The position numbers and the translations under genes were made by a program. A stretch of 64,000 nucleotides of DNA from Burkholderiales bacterium. Lineage in GTDB: Bacteria > Pseudomonadota > Gammaproteobacteria > Burkholderiales > JABEVD01. Of the stretch, positions 16,409-28,290 are shown piece by piece; position 1 is the stretch's first letter; each line of letters opens with the position of its first letter. Location of the stretch: NCBI GenBank assembly GCA_019753155.1, contig JAIELG010000020.1, forward strand, positions 8,773-72,772. The letters are read 5' to 3'. Under the pieces are notes generated by a model, which was not told where the DNA came from, searched no databases, and saw only the letters and a list, made by a program, of their open reading frames with translations.

Positions 16409-16843
16409 ATGTTTTTAAATGACATCAAACCTGCCGAGGGTTCGAAGAAGGCGAGACGCAGGGTCGGGCGCGGCATAGGCTGCGGCCTGGGCAAAACCGC
16501 CGGGCGCGGTCACAAGGGGCAAAAATCCCGTTCGGGCGGTTTTCACAAGGTCGGCTTCGAGGGCGGACAAATGCCGCTGCAAAGGCGGCTGCCCAAGCGC
16601 GGTTTCGTCTCCCTCACTGCGGGCAATACGGTCGAAGTCAGGCTTTCCGATCTGGAAAAGATGCCCGTCGATGTGATCGATCTGCTTCTTCTGAAGAAAG
16701 CCGGAGTCGTGCCTCACGATGCGCTTCATGCCAAGGTGATTCTTTCCGGGGCCATCACCCGCGCAGTGGAGATTCAGGGGCTGGCCGCCACACAAGGTGC
16801 AAAAGCGGCGATTGAAGCTGCCGGCGGCACGGTAGAGGGCTGA
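16409..16843 (+). CDS. rplO: 50S ribosomal protein L15
   Basis: 144 aa, GRGxGxGxGKTxGRGHKGQ. Confidence 0.97.
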   Translation: MFLNDIKPAEGSKKARRRVGRGIGCGLGKTAGRGHKGQKSRSGGFHKVGFEGGQMPLQRRLPKRGFVSLTAGNTVEVRLSDLEKMPVDVIDLLLLKKAGVVPHDALHAKVILSGAITRAVEIQGLAATQGAKAAIEAAGGTVEG

Positions 16844-16844
16844 C

Positions 16845-18155
16845 TTGGCTAATCCTGCGCAAGCGTCTTCAGGGAAGTACGGCGACCTCAACAAACGTTT
16901 GCTGTTTCTGCTGGGCGCATTGATCGTCTACCGGATCGGGGCGCATATTCCTGTTCCCGGGATCGACGCGAACGTGCTTGCCGACCTCTTCAAGACGCAG
17001 CAGGGTGGCATACTTGGCATGTTCAACATGTTTTCCGGAGGCGCGCTTTCCAGGTTCACGATTTTTGCGCTCGGAATCATGCCCTACATTTCGGCTTCGA
17101 TCATCATGCAGCTCGGAGCGGTGGTGATACCGCAACTCGAGCAGTTGAAGAAGGAAGGCGAAAGCGGGCGCAAGAAGATTACGCAATACACGCGCTACGG
17201 CACTTTGGGTCTCGCGGTATTTCAGGCGGTCGGCATTTCGGTTGCCCTCGAATCCCAGTCCGGCCTGGTTCCGGACCCCGGTTTCGTGTTCAGGATCACT
17301 ACGGTGATCACGCTGGTGACGGGAACGATGTTTTTGATGTGGCTGGGCGAGCAGATCACCGAACGCGGGATAGGCAACGGCATATCGATGATCATTTTCA
17401 GCGGCATCGCGGCCGGGTTGCCGCATGCCATAGGCGGCACGCTGGAGTTGGCGAGAAACGGGTCTTTTTCGATCCCCCTGGTGCTGGTTCTGCTGCTGGC
17501 GGTTGTCGCGGTGACGGCGCTCGTGGTCTTCGTCGAACGCGGGCAGCGCAAGATATTGGTGAATTACGCCAAAAGGCAGGTCGGGAGGAAGATTTACGGC
17601 GGACAGAGTTCGCATCTTCCGCTGAAGCTCAACATGGCAGGGGTGATTCCCCCCATATTCGCTTCTTCCATCATCCTGTTTCCCGCCACGGTGGCGGGCT
17701 GGTTCGGCAGCCACAAATCGCTTTCATGGCTGTCCGACATCAAGGATGCGCTTTCCCCAGGTCAGCCGATTTATGTGGTGATGTATGCGAGCGCGATCAT
17801 ATTTTTCTGTTTCTTTTACACGGCGCTTGTTTTCAACCCGAAAGAGACGGCTGACAACCTGAAGAAGAGCGGCGCATTCGTTCCCGGAATCAGGCCGGGA
17901 GAGCAGACTGCGCGTTACATCGAGCGCATCATGCTGAGGCTCACGCTGGTCGGCGCGTTTTACATCACGCTGGTATGCCTGCTGCCGGAATTTTTGATCG
18001 TGAAGTGGAACGTGCCCTTTTATTTCGGCGGCACCTCCCTGCTCATCATTGTTGTCGTCACCATGGATTTCATGGCCCAGGTTCAGGCCTACATGATGTC
18101 GAACCAGTACGAGAGCCTGCTGAAAAAAGCCAATTTCAAGGGTGGTGGCATTTAA
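16845..18155 (+). CDS. secY: Preprotein translocase subunit SecY
   Basis: 436 aa, TTG start, multi-pass membrane protein in the canonical spc position. Confidence 0.97.
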   Translation: MANPAQASSGKYGDLNKRLLFLLGALIVYRIGAHIPVPGIDANVLADLFKTQQGGILGMFNMFSGGALSRFTIFALGIMPYISASIIMQLGAVVIPQLEQLKKEGESGRKKITQYTRYGTLGLAVFQAVGISVALESQSGLVPDPGFVFRITTVITLVTGTMFLMWLGEQITERGIGNGISMIIFSGIAAGLPHAIGGTLELARNGSFSIPLVLVLLLAVVAVTALVVFVERGQRKILVNYAKRQVGRKIYGGQSSHLPLKLNMAGVIPPIFASSIILFPATVAGWFGSHKSLSWLSDIKDALSPGQPIYVVMYASAIIFFCFFYTALVFNPKETADNLKKSGAFVPGIRPGEQTARYIERIMLRLTLVGAFYITLVCLLPEFLIVKWNVPFYFGGTSLLIIVVVTMDFMAQVQAYMMSNQYESLLKKANFKGGGI

Positions 18156-18158
18156 TAG

Positions 18159-18377
18159 ATGGCTAAGGAAGAAACAATCCAGATGCAGGGGGAGATACTC
18201 GAAACCCTCCCCAATGCGACTTTCAGGGTCAAGCTGGAAAACGGACATGTGGTTTTGGGTCACATTTCGGGCAAGATGAGGATGCATTACATACGCATCC
18301 TGCCCGGAGACAAGGTCACCTGCGAGATGACCCCTTATGACCTGAGCCGCGTCAGGATCACATTTAGAGCAAAGTAA
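18159..18377 (+). CDS. infA: Translation initiation factor IF-1
   Basis: 72 aa, [30 protein letters not shown]. Confidence 0.98.
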   Translation: MAKEETIQMQGEILETLPNATFRVKLENGHVVLGHISGKMRMHYIRILPGDKVTCEMTPYDLSRVRITFRAK

Positions 18378-18389
18378 CAGGAGAAGAAA

Positions 18390-18503
18390 ATGAGAGTTCA
18401 GGCATCGGTGAAAAAGATTTGCCGGAATTGCAAGATTATCCGCCGCAACCGGGTGGTGCGCGTCATTTGCACCGACCGCAGGCACAAGCAACGCCAGGGT
18501 TGA
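18390..18503 (+). CDS. rpmJ: 50S ribosomal protein L36 (zinc-ribbon type)
   Basis: Not in the ORF track (37 aa). Hand translation gives [41 protein letters not shown] lies upstream. Confidence 0.95.
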   Translation: MRVQASVKKICRNCKIIRRNRVVRVICTDRRHKQRQG

Positions 18504-18533
18504 TTGAGTTTCAATCGGTTTTGGTGTTATAAT
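18504..18533 (+). promoter_or_regulatory. alpha operon promoter candidate (TTGAGT-18 nt-TATAAT)
   Basis: TTGAGT at 18504-18509 and TATAAT at 18528-18533, in the rpmJ-rpsM spacer. Confidence 0.45.
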
Positions 18534-18562
18534 TATCAATTTTTCTAAGTTGGAGTGATCGA

Positions 18563-18922
18563 ATGGCCCGGATAGCAGGGGTTAACATTCCGAATCATCA
18601 GCATGCTGAAATCGCGCTGACCGCGATTTACGGTGTTGGTCGCACTCGGGCACGTCAAATTTGCGCTGCGGCAGGGATCGCTACCTCGACCAAGATCAAG
18701 GATCTGAGCGAGGCCGAGGTCGAGAAGCTGCGTGATCAGGTAGGGCAAATCACGGTCGAAGGCGATCTTCGCCGTGAAATTTCCATGAACATCAAGCGTC
18801 TGATGGATCTGGGCTGCTATCGCGGCCTTCGCCACAGGCGCGGCCTTCCCGTCCGCGGGCAGCGCACAAGGACCAATGCCAGAACCCGCAAGGGACCGCG
18901 CAAGTCCATGCGTGCCAAATAA
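18563..18922 (+). CDS. rpsM: 30S ribosomal protein S13
   Basis: 119 aa, [10 protein letters not shown]. Confidence 0.98.
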   Translation: MARIAGVNIPNHQHAEIALTAIYGVGRTRARQICAAAGIATSTKIKDLSEAEVEKLRDQVGQITVEGDLRREISMNIKRLMDLGCYRGLRHRRGLPVRGQRTRTNARTRKGPRKSMRAK

Positions 18923-18937
18923 TCTAGGGGAACCGTT

Positions 18938-19327
18938 ATGGCAAAGACTAATACCAGGGTGCGCAAGAAGGTCAAGAAGAATGTATCGGAAGGTATTGCG
19001 CATATCCACGCTTCCTTTAACAATACCATCGTGACGATCACCGACCGTCAGGGCAATGCCCTGTCCTGGGCGACTTCGGGTAGCGGCGGTTTCAAGGGGT
19101 CGAGGAAGAGCACGCCTTTTGCCGCGCAGATTGCAGCCGAGGCGGCAGGAAAAATCGCACAGGAATGCGGCGTCAAGAATCTGGAAGTGCGCATCAAGGG
19201 TCCCGGCCCCGGTCGCGAGTCGGCTGTGCGCGCACTCAATTCCGCAGGGTTCAAGATCACCAGCATTTCGGATGTGACCCCCATTCCCCATAACGGCTGC
19301 CGTCCGCCCAAAAAGCGCCGTATTTAA
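18938..19327 (+). CDS. rpsK: 30S ribosomal protein S11
   Basis: 129 aa. Conserved order. Confidence 0.98.
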   Translation: MAKTNTRVRKKVKKNVSEGIAHIHASFNNTIVTITDRQGNALSWATSGSGGFKGSRKSTPFAAQIAAEAAGKIAQECGVKNLEVRIKGPGPGRESAVRALNSAGFKITSISDVTPIPHNGCRPPKKRRI

Positions 19328-19342
19328 TTCAGGAGTCTGATA

Positions 19343-19969
19343 GTGGCTAGAAATCTCGATGCAAAGTGCCGCCAGTGCCGTCGGGAAGGCGAAAAGCTTT
19401 TCCTGAAGGGTGAGAAGTGCTTTACCGAAAAATGTGCGATCGAGCGCAGAAATTATGCGCCGGGCCAGCACGGGCAGAAAAAGGGCAGGCTTTCGGACTA
19501 TGGCGTGCAGTTGCGCGCAAAACAGAAATTGCGCCGCATTTACGGCATTCTCGAAGGGCAGTTCCGTCTTTCCTACAAGGAAGCCGACAGGAAGCGCGGC
19601 ATCACCGGCGAGAACCTGCTGCAACTGCTCGAATGTCGTCTCGACAATGTCGCTTACAGGATGGGGTTCGGTATTTCCAGGAGCGAGGCGAGGCAGGTGG
19701 TCAGGCATAACGGCATTCTGGTGAATGGTCACAGGGTCAATATTCCTTCCTATCAGGTGCGGGTTGGCGATGTTGTCGAAGTCGCCGAAGGGACGAAGCA
19801 ACATCTCAGGGTCAAGGCTGCCGTCGAAGCTGCGGAACAGCGCGGATTCCCGGAATGGGTCGATGTCGATGCCAAGGCGATGAAAGGCGTGTTCAAGGCC
19901 AAGCCCCAGCGCTCCGAGTTGCCGTCGACAATCAATGAGAATCTTGTTGTCGAGTTGTATTCCAAGTAA
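19343..19969 (+). CDS. rpsD: 30S ribosomal protein S4
   Basis: 208 aa, GTG start, [18 protein letters not shown]. Confidence 0.98.
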   Translation: MARNLDAKCRQCRREGEKLFLKGEKCFTEKCAIERRNYAPGQHGQKKGRLSDYGVQLRAKQKLRRIYGILEGQFRLSYKEADRKRGITGENLLQLLECRLDNVAYRMGFGISRSEARQVVRHNGILVNGHRVNIPSYQVRVGDVVEVAEGTKQHLRVKAAVEAAEQRGFPEWVDVDAKAMKGVFKAKPQRSELPSTINENLVVELYSK

Positions 19970-19992
19970 TTTGCAATCGAGGGAATCAGGAT

Positions 19993-20970
19993 ATGCAAAG
20001 CAGTAGTCTACTCAAGCCGCGAATTATTGAGGTTGAAAACCTGGCACCTGCTCACGCAAAGGTGACGATGGAGCCTTTCGAGCGAGGATATGGTCACACG
20101 CTGGGCAATGCGCTGCGCCGGATTCTGTTGTCTTCGATGACGGGCTATGCCCCCACCGAGGTTCAGATCAGCGGCGTCCTCCATGAATATTCCAGCCTTG
20201 ACGGCGTGCAGGAAGATGTTGTCGACATCCTGCTCAATCTCAAGGGGATCGTGCTTAAGCTGCACAATCGGGACGAGGCTTTTCTCACGCTGAAGAAGCA
20301 GGGAGAGGGCAAGGTCACGGCAGGCGATATCGAGGGATCCCATGATGTCGAGATCATCAATCCCGACCATGTGATCGCCCACCTGACGGAAGGCGGCAAG
20401 ATCGATATGGAAATCAAGGTCGAGAAGGGGCGTGGTTACCAGCCGAGCGCGGTGCGCATCAAGTCCGGGGACAACCGGTCCATCGGCAGGATCATGCTGG
20501 ATGCCTCCTTCAGCCCGGTGCGCCGCGTCAGCTATGCCGTGGAGAGCGCCCGCGTCGAACAGCGCACCGACCTCGACAAGCTTGTGATGAGCATCGAGAC
20601 CAACGGGGTGATCGATCCTGAAGAGGCGATCCGGCATGCTGCCAGGATACTGGTTGAGCAGCTTTCCGTTTTTGCGGATCTGGAAGGCACGCCGGCGCTT
20701 CTCGAGCAGCCCAAGGCGCCGCAGATCGATCCCATCCTGCTCAGGCCGGTGGACGATCTCGAACTCACCGTGAGAAGTGCGAATTGCCTGAAGTCGGAAA
20801 ACATTTTTTACATTGGCGACCTGATTCAGTGCTCCGAACACGAGCTTCTGAAGGCGCCGAACCTGGGGCGCAAGTCGCTCAACGAAATCAAGGAAGTGCT
20901 CGCATCGCGCGGTCTTTCCCTGGGAATGAAACTGGAAAACTGGCCTCCTGCAGGGCTGGAAAAGCCTTAA
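19993..20970 (+). CDS. rpoA: DNA-directed RNA polymerase subunit alpha
   Basis: 325 aa with N-terminal dimerisation and C-terminal domains ([12 protein letters not shown]). Confidence 0.98.
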   Translation: MQSSSLLKPRIIEVENLAPAHAKVTMEPFERGYGHTLGNALRRILLSSMTGYAPTEVQISGVLHEYSSLDGVQEDVVDILLNLKGIVLKLHNRDEAFLTLKKQGEGKVTAGDIEGSHDVEIINPDHVIAHLTEGGKIDMEIKVEKGRGYQPSAVRIKSGDNRSIGRIMLDASFSPVRRVSYAVESARVEQRTDLDKLVMSIETNGVIDPEEAIRHAARILVEQLSVFADLEGTPALLEQPKAPQIDPILLRPVDDLELTVRSANCLKSENIFYIGDLIQCSEHELLKAPNLGRKSLNEIKEVLASRGLSLGMKLENWPPAGLEKP

Positions 20971-20983
20971 GAAAGGAAATCAT

Positions 20984-21352
20984 ATGCGCCATCGTCTCGG
21001 GTTGAGAAAACTGAACGTCACGAGCAGTCATCGTCTCGCGATGCTCAGGAATATGACGAATTCGCTGCTGAAGCATGAAACCATCACGACCACTTTGCCG
21101 AAGGCGAAGGAATTGCGTCGCGTGGCCGAACCGCTGATCACGCTCGGCAAGAAGCCGTCGCTTGCGAACCGCAGGCTGGCTTTCGACAGGCTGCGCGACC
21201 GCGATATGGTCGTCAAGCTTTTCGACGAACTCGGCCCCCGCTATGCGAACCGTAACGGCGGCTACCTCAGGATACTGAAGACCGGGTTCCGCCATGGCGA
21301 CAACGCTCCGATGGCGCTCGTCATCCTGATGGACCAGCCCGAAGCGGAATAA
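20984..21352 (+). CDS. rplQ: 50S ribosomal protein L17
   Basis: 122 aa, [11 protein letters not shown]. Confidence 0.98.
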   Translation: MRHRLGLRKLNVTSSHRLAMLRNMTNSLLKHETITTTLPKAKELRRVAEPLITLGKKPSLANRRLAFDRLRDRDMVVKLFDELGPRYANRNGGYLRILKTGFRHGDNAPMALVILMDQPEAE

Positions 21353-21374
21353 ATCCGGGTATTCGAAACTGTTA

Positions 21375-21409
21375 ACCCGTCACCTTGCTACAGGGTGACG
21401 GGTTTTTTC
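21375..21409. terminator. Intrinsic terminator shared by convergent rplQ and uvrA
   Basis: ACCCGTCACC (21375-21384) pairs with GGTGACGGGT (21394-21403) across a 9-nt loop, followed by TTTTTT on the + strand. Confidence 0.8.
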
Positions 21410-24227
21410 ATTTCTTCAACACTTTTTCAAGGTAGCGCCCGGTGTGGCTTTTCGGGTTGAGAATGATCGCTTCCGGCGGCCCTTCGGCAACGATCTCCCC
21501 GCCCCCGTTTCCGCCTTCCGGTCCCAGGTCGACGATCCAGTCTGCCGTCTTGATGACATCGAGATTGTGCTCGATCACGACCACGGTGTTGCCCTGTTCC
21601 TTGAGTCTGTGCAGCACTTTGAGCAGCATGGCGATATCCTGGAAATGCAGGCCCGTGGTTGGCTCGTCCAGGATGTAGAGCGTCCTTCCGGTGTCGCGCT
21701 TGGACAGCTCCAGGGAGAGCTTGACGCGCTGCGCTTCCCCGCCAGAGAGCGTGGTCGCGCTTTGCCCGAGCGTGATGTAGCCGAGGCCCACGTCGAGCAG
21801 GGTCTGGAGTTTCCTTGCGACCATGGGCACCGCATCGAAGAATTTCGATGCCGCCTCCACTGTCATTTCCAGGATTTCGAAGATGTTTTTGCCCTTGTAC
21901 TGGATCTCGAGCGTTTCCCTGTTGTAGCGCTTGCCGTGACAAACATCGCAGGGCACATAGATGTCGGGGAGGAAGTGCATTTCCACCCTGATGACGCCGT
22001 CCCCCTGGCAGGACTCGCATCTGCCGCCCTTGACGTTGAAGGAGAAGCGTCCGGGGCCATAGCCCCGCTCCCGCGCATCGCGCGTTCCTGAAAAGAGTTC
22101 CCTGATCGGCGTGAACAGCCCGGTATAGGTGGCGGGATTGGAGCGCGGCGTCCGGCCTATCGGACTCTGGTCCATGCTGATGACCTTGTCGAAAAACTCG
22201 ATCCCGGCGATGGATTCGTAAGGTGCGATATCCCTGTTGCTGCCGTAAAGGAAATGGGACACGGCATTGTAGAGGGTATCGTTGATCAGGGTCGATTTTC
22301 CCGAACCCGAAACGCCTGTCACGGCGCTGAGCAGGCCCACGGGAAGGTTCAGGTTTACATGCCTGAGGTTGTTTCCTGTAGCGCCCTTCAGCCTCAGCCA
22401 GCGCAATTCGTTGGGAGCGGTCCTTTTTTCAGGGATGGGGATGGATTTTCGCCCGGAAAGATAAAGTCCGGTGAGGGAGTCCGGGTTTTTTTCGATCAGA
22501 TCAGGCGGGCCTTCTGCGATGATCCTGCCGCCGTGGATGCCGGCGCCGGGTCCGATGTCGACAACATGGTCAGCGCACCTGATCGCATCTTCGTCGTGCT
22601 CCACCACGATCACCGTATTGCCCAGGTCCCTCAGGTGTTTGAGCGTTTCCAGGAGGCGGGTGTTGTCGCGCTGATGCAGTCCGATGGAGGGCTCGTCGAG
22701 AACATACATGACCCCGGTGAGTCCCGATCCGATCTGGCTCGCCAGCCTGATGCGCTGAGCTTCCCCACCGGAGAGGGTGTCCGCGCTGCGGTCGAGGGAA
22801 AGGTAATCCAGTCCGACATTGTTGAGGAACTTCAGCCGGCTTACGATTTCATGCGCGATCTTTTCGGAAACCGCTTTCTTGTTCCCGGGAAGGGAAAGGC
22901 TTTCGAAAAAGGCAAGCGCATCCTTCAGGGGTTTCGAACTGATTTCGTGCAGGGTCAGCCCTGCGACATTCACATATCTCGCTTCACGTCGAAGCCGCGT
23001 CCCATGGCATTCCGGGCAGGCCCTGTTCGTCAGGTATTTGGAAAGTTCCTCCCTGACCATGACCGAATCGGTTTCCTTATAGCGTCGTTCGAGGTTATGG
23101 ATGATGCCTTCGAAGGTATGGGACTGCATTTTTCTCGCGCCCTTTTCCATGGGGTAGAAAAATTCGATCTTTTCCCTGCCTGAACCGTAGAGGACGACAT
23201 CCCTGGCGGACTCGGGAAGCGATTCGAAAGGCGCCTCGACATCGAATGCATAGTGCGCGGCAAGGGACTGCAACATCTGGAAATAGAAATGATTGCGCTT
23301 GTCCCAACCCTTGATCGCCCCAGAACTTAATGAAAGATGGGGGAAGGCGACGACCTTCCTGGGGTCGAACAGGCTGACCTGCCCCAGGCCGTCGCATTTC
23401 GGACAGGCGCCCATGGGATTGTTGAAGGAGAAAAGGCGAGGCTCCATTTCGGGAAGGGAATAGGAGCAGACCGGGCATGAAAATTTCGCCGAAAAAAGAT
23501 GCTCGACCCCGGTATCCATTTCGACCGCGAGCGCCCTGCCGTCCGCATGCCGCAACGCTGTCTCGAGCGATTCAGCGAGGCGCTGCTTGGCTTCGATATT
23601 GACTTTCAGCCTGTCGACGACGACCTCTATGGTGTGTTTTCTGCTCTTCTGCAGTTTCGGGGCATCGTCTATTTCGCAGATCGCCCCGTCTATTCTCAGC
23701 CTCACGAACCCTTGCGCGCGCAATTCGTCGATGAGATCCGTCTGCTCCCCTTTTCGTCCCACGACGAGGGGGGAGAGAATCATCAATTTCGTGTCTGTCG
23801 GCAGCGCAAGGATATGGTCGACCATCTGGCTCACGCTCTGGGCCTTGAGCGTGATGCCGTGATCCGGGCAGATGGGGTCTCCGACGCGGGCAAAAAGCAG
23901 CCTCAGGTAATCGTGTATTTCGGTCACTGTGCCCACGGTCGATCTCGGATTGTGGGAGGTCGCTTTCTGCTCTATCGATATGGCGGGAGAGAGTCCTTCG
24001 ATGAGATCGACATCCGGTTTTTCCATGAGATGAAGGAATTGCCGGGCATAAGTCGAGAGCGATTCGACATAGCGGCGCTGCCCTTCGGCATAGAGCGTGT
24101 CGAAAGCCAGGGAGGATTTTCCGGAACCCGAAAGCCCGGTGATAACAATGAGCTTGTTTCTCGGCAGGTCGAGATTGATGTCCTTGAGGTTGTGCGTGCG
24201 TGCACCGCGAATGAGAATATGTTTCAT
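21408..24227 (-). CDS. uvrA: Excinuclease ABC subunit A
   Basis: ORF 21408..24251. Two ABC ATPase modules with zinc-finger Cys pairs. ATG at 24227 gives [15 protein letters not shown], the usual UvrA N-terminus. The TTG at 24251 is an alternative start. Confidence 0.95.
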   Translation of the reverse strand: MKHILIRGARTHNLKDINLDLPRNKLIVITGLSGSGKSSLAFDTLYAEGQRRYVESLSTYARQFLHLMEKPDVDLIEGLSPAISIEQKATSHNPRSTVGTVTEIHDYLRLLFARVGDPICPDHGITLKAQSVSQMVDHILALPTDTKLMILSPLVVGRKGEQTDLIDELRAQGFVRLRIDGAICEIDDAPKLQKSRKHTIEVVVDRLKVNIEAKQRLAESLETALRHADGRALAVEMDTGVEHLFSAKFSCPVCSYSLPEMEPRLFSFNNPMGACPKCDGLGQVSLFDPRKVVAFPHLSLSSGAIKGWDKRNHFYFQMLQSLAAHYAFDVEAPFESLPESARDVVLYGSGREKIEFFYPMEKGARKMQSHTFEGIIHNLERRYKETDSVMVREELSKYLTNRACPECHGTRLRREARYVNVAGLTLHEISSKPLKDALAFFESLSLPGNKKAVSEKIAHEIVSRLKFLNNVGLDYLSLDRSADTLSGGEAQRIRLASQIGSGLTGVMYVLDEPSIGLHQRDNTRLLETLKHLRDLGNTVIVVEHDEDAIRCADHVVDIGPGAGIHGGRIIAEGPPDLIEKNPDSLTGLYLSGRKSIPIPEKRTAPNELRWLRLKGATGNNLRHVNLNLPVGLLSAVTGVSGSGKSTLINDTLYNAVSHFLYGSNRDIAPYESIAGIEFFDKVISMDQSPIGRTPRSNPATYTGLFTPIRELFSGTRDARERGYGPGRFSFNVKGGRCESCQGDGVIRVEMHFLPDIYVPCDVCHGKRYNRETLEIQYKGKNIFEILEMTVEAASKFFDAVPMVARKLQTLLDVGLGYITLGQSATTLSGGEAQRVKLSLELSKRDTGRTLYILDEPTTGLHFQDIAMLLKVLHRLKEQGNTVVVIEHNLDVIKTADWIVDLGPEGGNGGGEIVAEGPPEAIILNPKSHTGRYLEKVLKK

Positions 24228-24293
24228 TGGAGATAAAAATTTTGAACTCAACCTGTTAATATACCGGCTTATCTAAATTTGCGGAAACGAATT

Positions 24294-25673
24294 ATGCAAA
24301 ATTCAGACCGGATGACCCCGCTCGAGATGCGGGCAAGCCTGGGACTTGCCGGCATCTTCGGCCTCAGGATGCTGGGCATGTTCCTGATTCTTCCTGTTTT
24401 TGCGATTTATGCGCACACGCTTCCGGGCGGGGACAGGCCCATGTTGATCGGGCTTGCGCTCGGAATGTACGGCCTCACTCAGGCGGTACTGCAACTGCCG
24501 TTCGGCATGGCTTCCGACAGGTTCGGAAGGAAGCCCGTGATCTATTTCGGTCTGGTTCTTTTCGCCCTGGGCAGTTTCGTCGCGTATTTTGCGCACGACA
24601 TCTACTGGATTATCATCGGGCGTTCCATCCAGGGCGCAGGGGCTATCTCGGCCGCGATCACGGCGCTGCTCGCCGATTTGACGCGCGAAGAGCATCGCAC
24701 CAAGGCGATGGCGATGATAGGCACGACGATAGGGATGACTTTCGCCATTTCGATGGCGGTGAGCCCCCTCATCTATCAGGCCATCGGCGTTCCGGGCATG
24801 TTCGCGCTCACCGGCGTTCTTTCGATCGCTGCGGTTTTCGTGGTGGCCAAGCTGATCCCCGATCCCAAGACCCATCTTTTTCATTCCGATGCCGAGGTTT
24901 CGACCTCCAGGCTCTCGGATGTATTGAAAAATCCACAACTGCTTCGCCTCAATTTCGGCATTTTCAGCCTGCATGCGGCCCAGATGTCGATGTTCGTGAT
25001 CATTCCCGCGGCACTGGTGGCTTCCGGGAACATGCCCGAGCAAGAGCACTGGAAAATCTACCTTCCGGTGATGGTGATCGCTTTCGTGTTGATGGTGCCG
25101 CTCATCATTTACGGCGAGAAGAAGGGCAAGCTCAAGAACGTGTTCGTCTTCGCAATTGCCCTGCTGCTCGCTTCACAACTGCTTTTTTCGGTATTGATAG
25201 ATTCCTTCAGGGGTGTCGCGGCCACGCTTTTGCTTTTCTTCACGGCATTCAACATCCTGGAAGCGAGCCTGCCATCGCTGGTTTCGAAAATCGCGCCGGT
25301 TTCAGCCAAGGGGACGGCGATGGGGGTCTACAATACCAGCCAATCTCTCGGGCTTTTCGCAGGCGGAGCTGCGGGCGGCATGTTTGCAGCTTACGGGGGA
25401 AATTCGTCGGTCTTTATATTCGGGGCTGCCATGAGTGCGATATGGCTCATGCTGGCGTTCACGATGAAAGCCCCGCCGGCCGTCAGGACCAAGATGTATC
25501 CCGTGGGGCAGTTGGATGAAGTGTCCGCGAAACTGCTCTCGCAGCAACTGTCCGGTCTGCACGGTGTTTTCGAGGCCGTGGTGATCGGGGACGAAGGCGT
25601 CGCTTACCTGAAAACGAGCATGAGCGGTTTCGACGAGAAAAGCGTGTTGAACCTGGTTGAAGTCAGAGCCTGA
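24294..25673 (+). CDS. MFS transporter, YajR-like with a C-terminal soluble (YAM-like) domain
   Basis: N-terminus MQNSDRMTPLEMRASLGLAGIFGLRMLGMF resembles E. coli YajR. 12 hydrophobic segments plus a ~65-aa hydrophilic tail. Confidence 0.8.
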   Translation: MQNSDRMTPLEMRASLGLAGIFGLRMLGMFLILPVFAIYAHTLPGGDRPMLIGLALGMYGLTQAVLQLPFGMASDRFGRKPVIYFGLVLFALGSFVAYFAHDIYWIIIGRSIQGAGAISAAITALLADLTREEHRTKAMAMIGTTIGMTFAISMAVSPLIYQAIGVPGMFALTGVLSIAAVFVVAKLIPDPKTHLFHSDAEVSTSRLSDVLKNPQLLRLNFGIFSLHAAQMSMFVIIPAALVASGNMPEQEHWKIYLPVMVIAFVLMVPLIIYGEKKGKLKNVFVFAIALLLASQLLFSVLIDSFRGVAATLLLFFTAFNILEASLPSLVSKIAPVSAKGTAMGVYNTSQSLGLFAGGAAGGMFAAYGGNSSVFIFGAAMSAIWLMLAFTMKAPPAVRTKMYPVGQLDEVSAKLLSQQLSGLHGVFEAVVIGDEGVAYLKTSMSGFDEKSVLNLVEVRA

Positions 25674-27489
25674 TTGCCTCAACGCGGTTGCGTCCGGCGC
25701 GCTTCGCCTCGTAAAGCGCCCTGTCCGCTGTTGCGAGGAGCTTGTCGATATCGTCGATGGATTTCGAGAGCGTCGCCACGCCTATGGATGCGGTGAAATG
25801 GAACGCTTCGCCTCGTTCCGTTTCAATTTCGGCTGCGGATATATTCTGCCTCAGCCTCTCGGCGACTTCGAACGCCTGGTTTCCGTCCGTTTCGGGTAAA
25901 AGGATTGCGAATTCTTCTCCGCCTATGCGGCCGGTGATATCGACGCCGCGCATGGTCTGGCGGCAGACTTCCGCGAATTTCACCAAGGTCCTGTCCCCGG
26001 TTTGGTGTCCGTAAGCGTCGTTGATGGCTTTGAATTGATCCAGGTCTATCATCAGGATGGAAAGCAGGCTGCCGTAGCGCCCGGTCCTGGCAAGTTCCTG
26101 CGAGGCGAGTTGCAGAAAATGACGACGGTTGGGCAGGCCCGTGAGCATGTCCGTCCTTGCCTGATGCACGAGTTCCGCTTCCAGTTCGAGCCGCTCCGAA
26201 ATGTCCGTTCCCAGTCCCACGAGATAATATTTGCCGTCGATGACTGTTTTGTGTCCGGTAAAGAAATAGGGGGCTTTGTCGCCGCTCTTGGAGACGAGTT
26301 CCGCTTCCGCGGAGGAATCTCCCTTCTCGAACACCTCGAATATTCTTTCCAAGATCAGCTTTTTGTCATCGCCGTCGAAAAAATCCAGGGCGTGCATCCG
26401 CCTGATCTCTTTTTCCGAATAGCCGGTCACTTCGGTGAACTGCGGATTGATCCTGATGAATCTGCCCTTTTCGTCGAGCATGTAGAAGATCCCGGGCAGG
26501 CTGTTGATAATGTCGTCGGAGAGCTGTTTCTGCTGTTGCAGCATGGCTTCGGCCAGCTTGCGTTCGGTGATGTTTTCCTGGATGGCGACATAATGGGCGA
26601 TTCTGCCCGCTTCGTCGAAGATAGGCGAGATGGATGCATGGTCCCAGTACGATTCGCCGTTCTTCTTGCGGTTGTGGAATTCTCCATGCCATTCGCGTCC
26701 GGAGGAGATGCTTGCCCAAAGATGTTCGTATTCGCTTGCAGGCGTTTTCCCGGATTTGAGGATTCTCGGCGTTTTGCCATTGATGTCGTGCAGGGTGTAT
26801 CCGGTCAATTGCGTGAATTTCGGGTTGACGTATTCGAAATAGCCGTTCACATCGGTGATGAGAATGGATACGGGGCTGTGCTCGACCGCGCTGGATAGTT
26901 TCTGCAATTCGCGTTCGATCAACCTGCGGGTGCGCCTGGCTTCCAGCAGTTCATGGGTGCGCGTGGCGAGATTGTCGTAAAGCCTCGTCATGGCATGAAG
27001 CAGGGCTTCATTGGCCTGGTTCATGTAATCGTCCGCGAGGCGCTTCGCTTCCTCGATGGATGCCCCGGATTCGATGGCAAGAATCTTTTTTGCAAGGCGC
27101 ATGTCCGTGCAGAGGATGTGCGACATCAGCCATCTCGACAGGAATGCGAGCATTTTTCCCGTCGCTTCGATCGGTTGGCTGTTTGCGGCGATTCTGGATT
27201 CGGCGAGCTGCTTCACGAATGCATCATGGGCGTCCTTGTGGGAGGCCTCGCTGCAGGCGAGGCGTTGCATCATCTCTTCTTCGTATTTGAAATGGAAATC
27301 CACATAATCATACAATTCGTCGAAAACGCGCAGCAGCGATGCTTCGATCGATTCGGTTTCAGTGAACAGGATCGCGCCCAGGGAATTGATGAGATCCACA
27401 AGGCGCCTGTGCTGCCTGTCGAGTTCGGTTATTCCGGTTTCGAATTGGGTATCCCATACGAATATATCGGAAATGGTTTCTGGATTCAT
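25663..27489 (-). CDS. Diguanylate cyclase with N-terminal hemerythrin-like domain and two PAS domains
   Basis: WDTQFETGITELDRQHRRLVDLIN (bacteriohemerythrin signature), two PAS-like regions, a GGEEF active site and an RGVD I-site 5 residues upstream. Start set at ATG 27489 (MNPETISD). Confidence 0.9.
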   Translation of the reverse strand: MNPETISDIFVWDTQFETGITELDRQHRRLVDLINSLGAILFTETESIEASLLRVFDELYDYVDFHFKYEEEMMQRLACSEASHKDAHDAFVKQLAESRIAANSQPIEATGKMLAFLSRWLMSHILCTDMRLAKKILAIESGASIEEAKRLADDYMNQANEALLHAMTRLYDNLATRTHELLEARRTRRLIERELQKLSSAVEHSPVSILITDVNGYFEYVNPKFTQLTGYTLHDINGKTPRILKSGKTPASEYEHLWASISSGREWHGEFHNRKKNGESYWDHASISPIFDEAGRIAHYVAIQENITERKLAEAMLQQQKQLSDDIINSLPGIFYMLDEKGRFIRINPQFTEVTGYSEKEIRRMHALDFFDGDDKKLILERIFEVFEKGDSSAEAELVSKSGDKAPYFFTGHKTVIDGKYYLVGLGTDISERLELEAELVHQARTDMLTGLPNRRHFLQLASQELARTGRYGSLLSILMIDLDQFKAINDAYGHQTGDRTLVKFAEVCRQTMRGVDITGRIGGEEFAILLPETDGNQAFEVAERLRQNISAAEIETERGEAFHFTASIGVATLSKSIDDIDKLLATADRALYEAKRAGRNRVEAIRL

Positions 27490-27678
27490 GAAAGCGTGCC
27501 TTTGCCGAATCGGTTGGATATAAATCGTAACTAATTGTAACGGTGCTGTTCTTGACATAATTGTAACAGTGTCGGTTCTTCCGGTATGTGCGGAAAGCAA
27601 CGAATGATCGTGATGGTTTAAGTCCCCCGGCTAATATAAAATGTTACGGTATTTCAAAAATTCGAGGAGAAGTGCGAC

Positions 27679-28128
27679 ATGGCATCTGTGAACAAGGCGA
27701 TATTGATCGGCAATCTGGGCAAGGATCCCGAAGTGCGTTATTCTCCGGACGGATCGGCGATCGCGAACATCACGATTGCGACGACCGAATCCTGGAAGGA
27801 CAAGAGCGGCGAGAAGCAGGAAAAAACCGAATGGCACCGCGTTGCCTTTTTCGGAAAGCTCGCCGAGATCGCCGGGGAATACCTGAAAAAGGGCAGCCAG
27901 GTGTATGTCGAAGGGCGCATCCAGACCCGGAAATGGCAGGACAAGGACGGGCAGGACCGCTACACCACCGAGATCGTCGCAGACAAAATGCAGATGCTCG
28001 GAAGCCGGGGTGGGAACAGCTTCGAAGTCTCCGACGCACCATCCCAGGGTGCCGGCTCCAAATCGCAGCCGCAGCGGCCTCCATCCAAGGGCGGCTTCGA
28101 CGACATGGACGACGATATCCCGTTCTGA
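27679..28128 (+). CDS. ssb: Single-stranded DNA-binding protein
   Basis: 149 aa, [21 protein letters not shown], Gly/Pro-rich linker and DDDIPF tail. Confidence 0.97.
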   Translation: MASVNKAILIGNLGKDPEVRYSPDGSAIANITIATTESWKDKSGEKQEKTEWHRVAFFGKLAEIAGEYLKKGSQVYVEGRIQTRKWQDKDGQDRYTTEIVADKMQMLGSRGGNSFEVSDAPSQGAGSKSQPQRPPSKGGFDDMDDDIPF

Positions 28129-28140
28129 CCGGTTCCTTCG

Positions 28141-28290
28141 ACTGTGCTCAGGACAAGTTCCTTCGACTGCGTTCACTGTCATTTCGAGCTTGCCGAGAAA
28201 TCTTGTCCCTCGGGGCGGGCTCCAATGTCATTTCGAGCTTGTCGAGAAATCCCGGGATCCCTCGAATTCCTCGGGATGACAACATCGCTC
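28141..28290. repeat. REP-like cluster of short direct and inverted repeats
   Basis: GTTCCTTCGACTG occurs twice (28141, 28166). The 26-mer TGTCATTTCGAGCTTGyCGAGAAATC occurs twice (28186, 28235; 25/26 identical). GTCATTTCGAG (28236) can pair with CTCGGGATGAC (28279) if two G-U pairs are allowed. Confidence 0.7.

Noticed and set aside
24228-24293. Search for a LexA (SOS) box CTGT-N8-ACAG upstream of uvrA, and upstream of ssb at 27490-27678
   Set aside because: Only CTGT...ACAG pairs with the wrong spacing (N16) or a single half-site were found. No credible SOS box.
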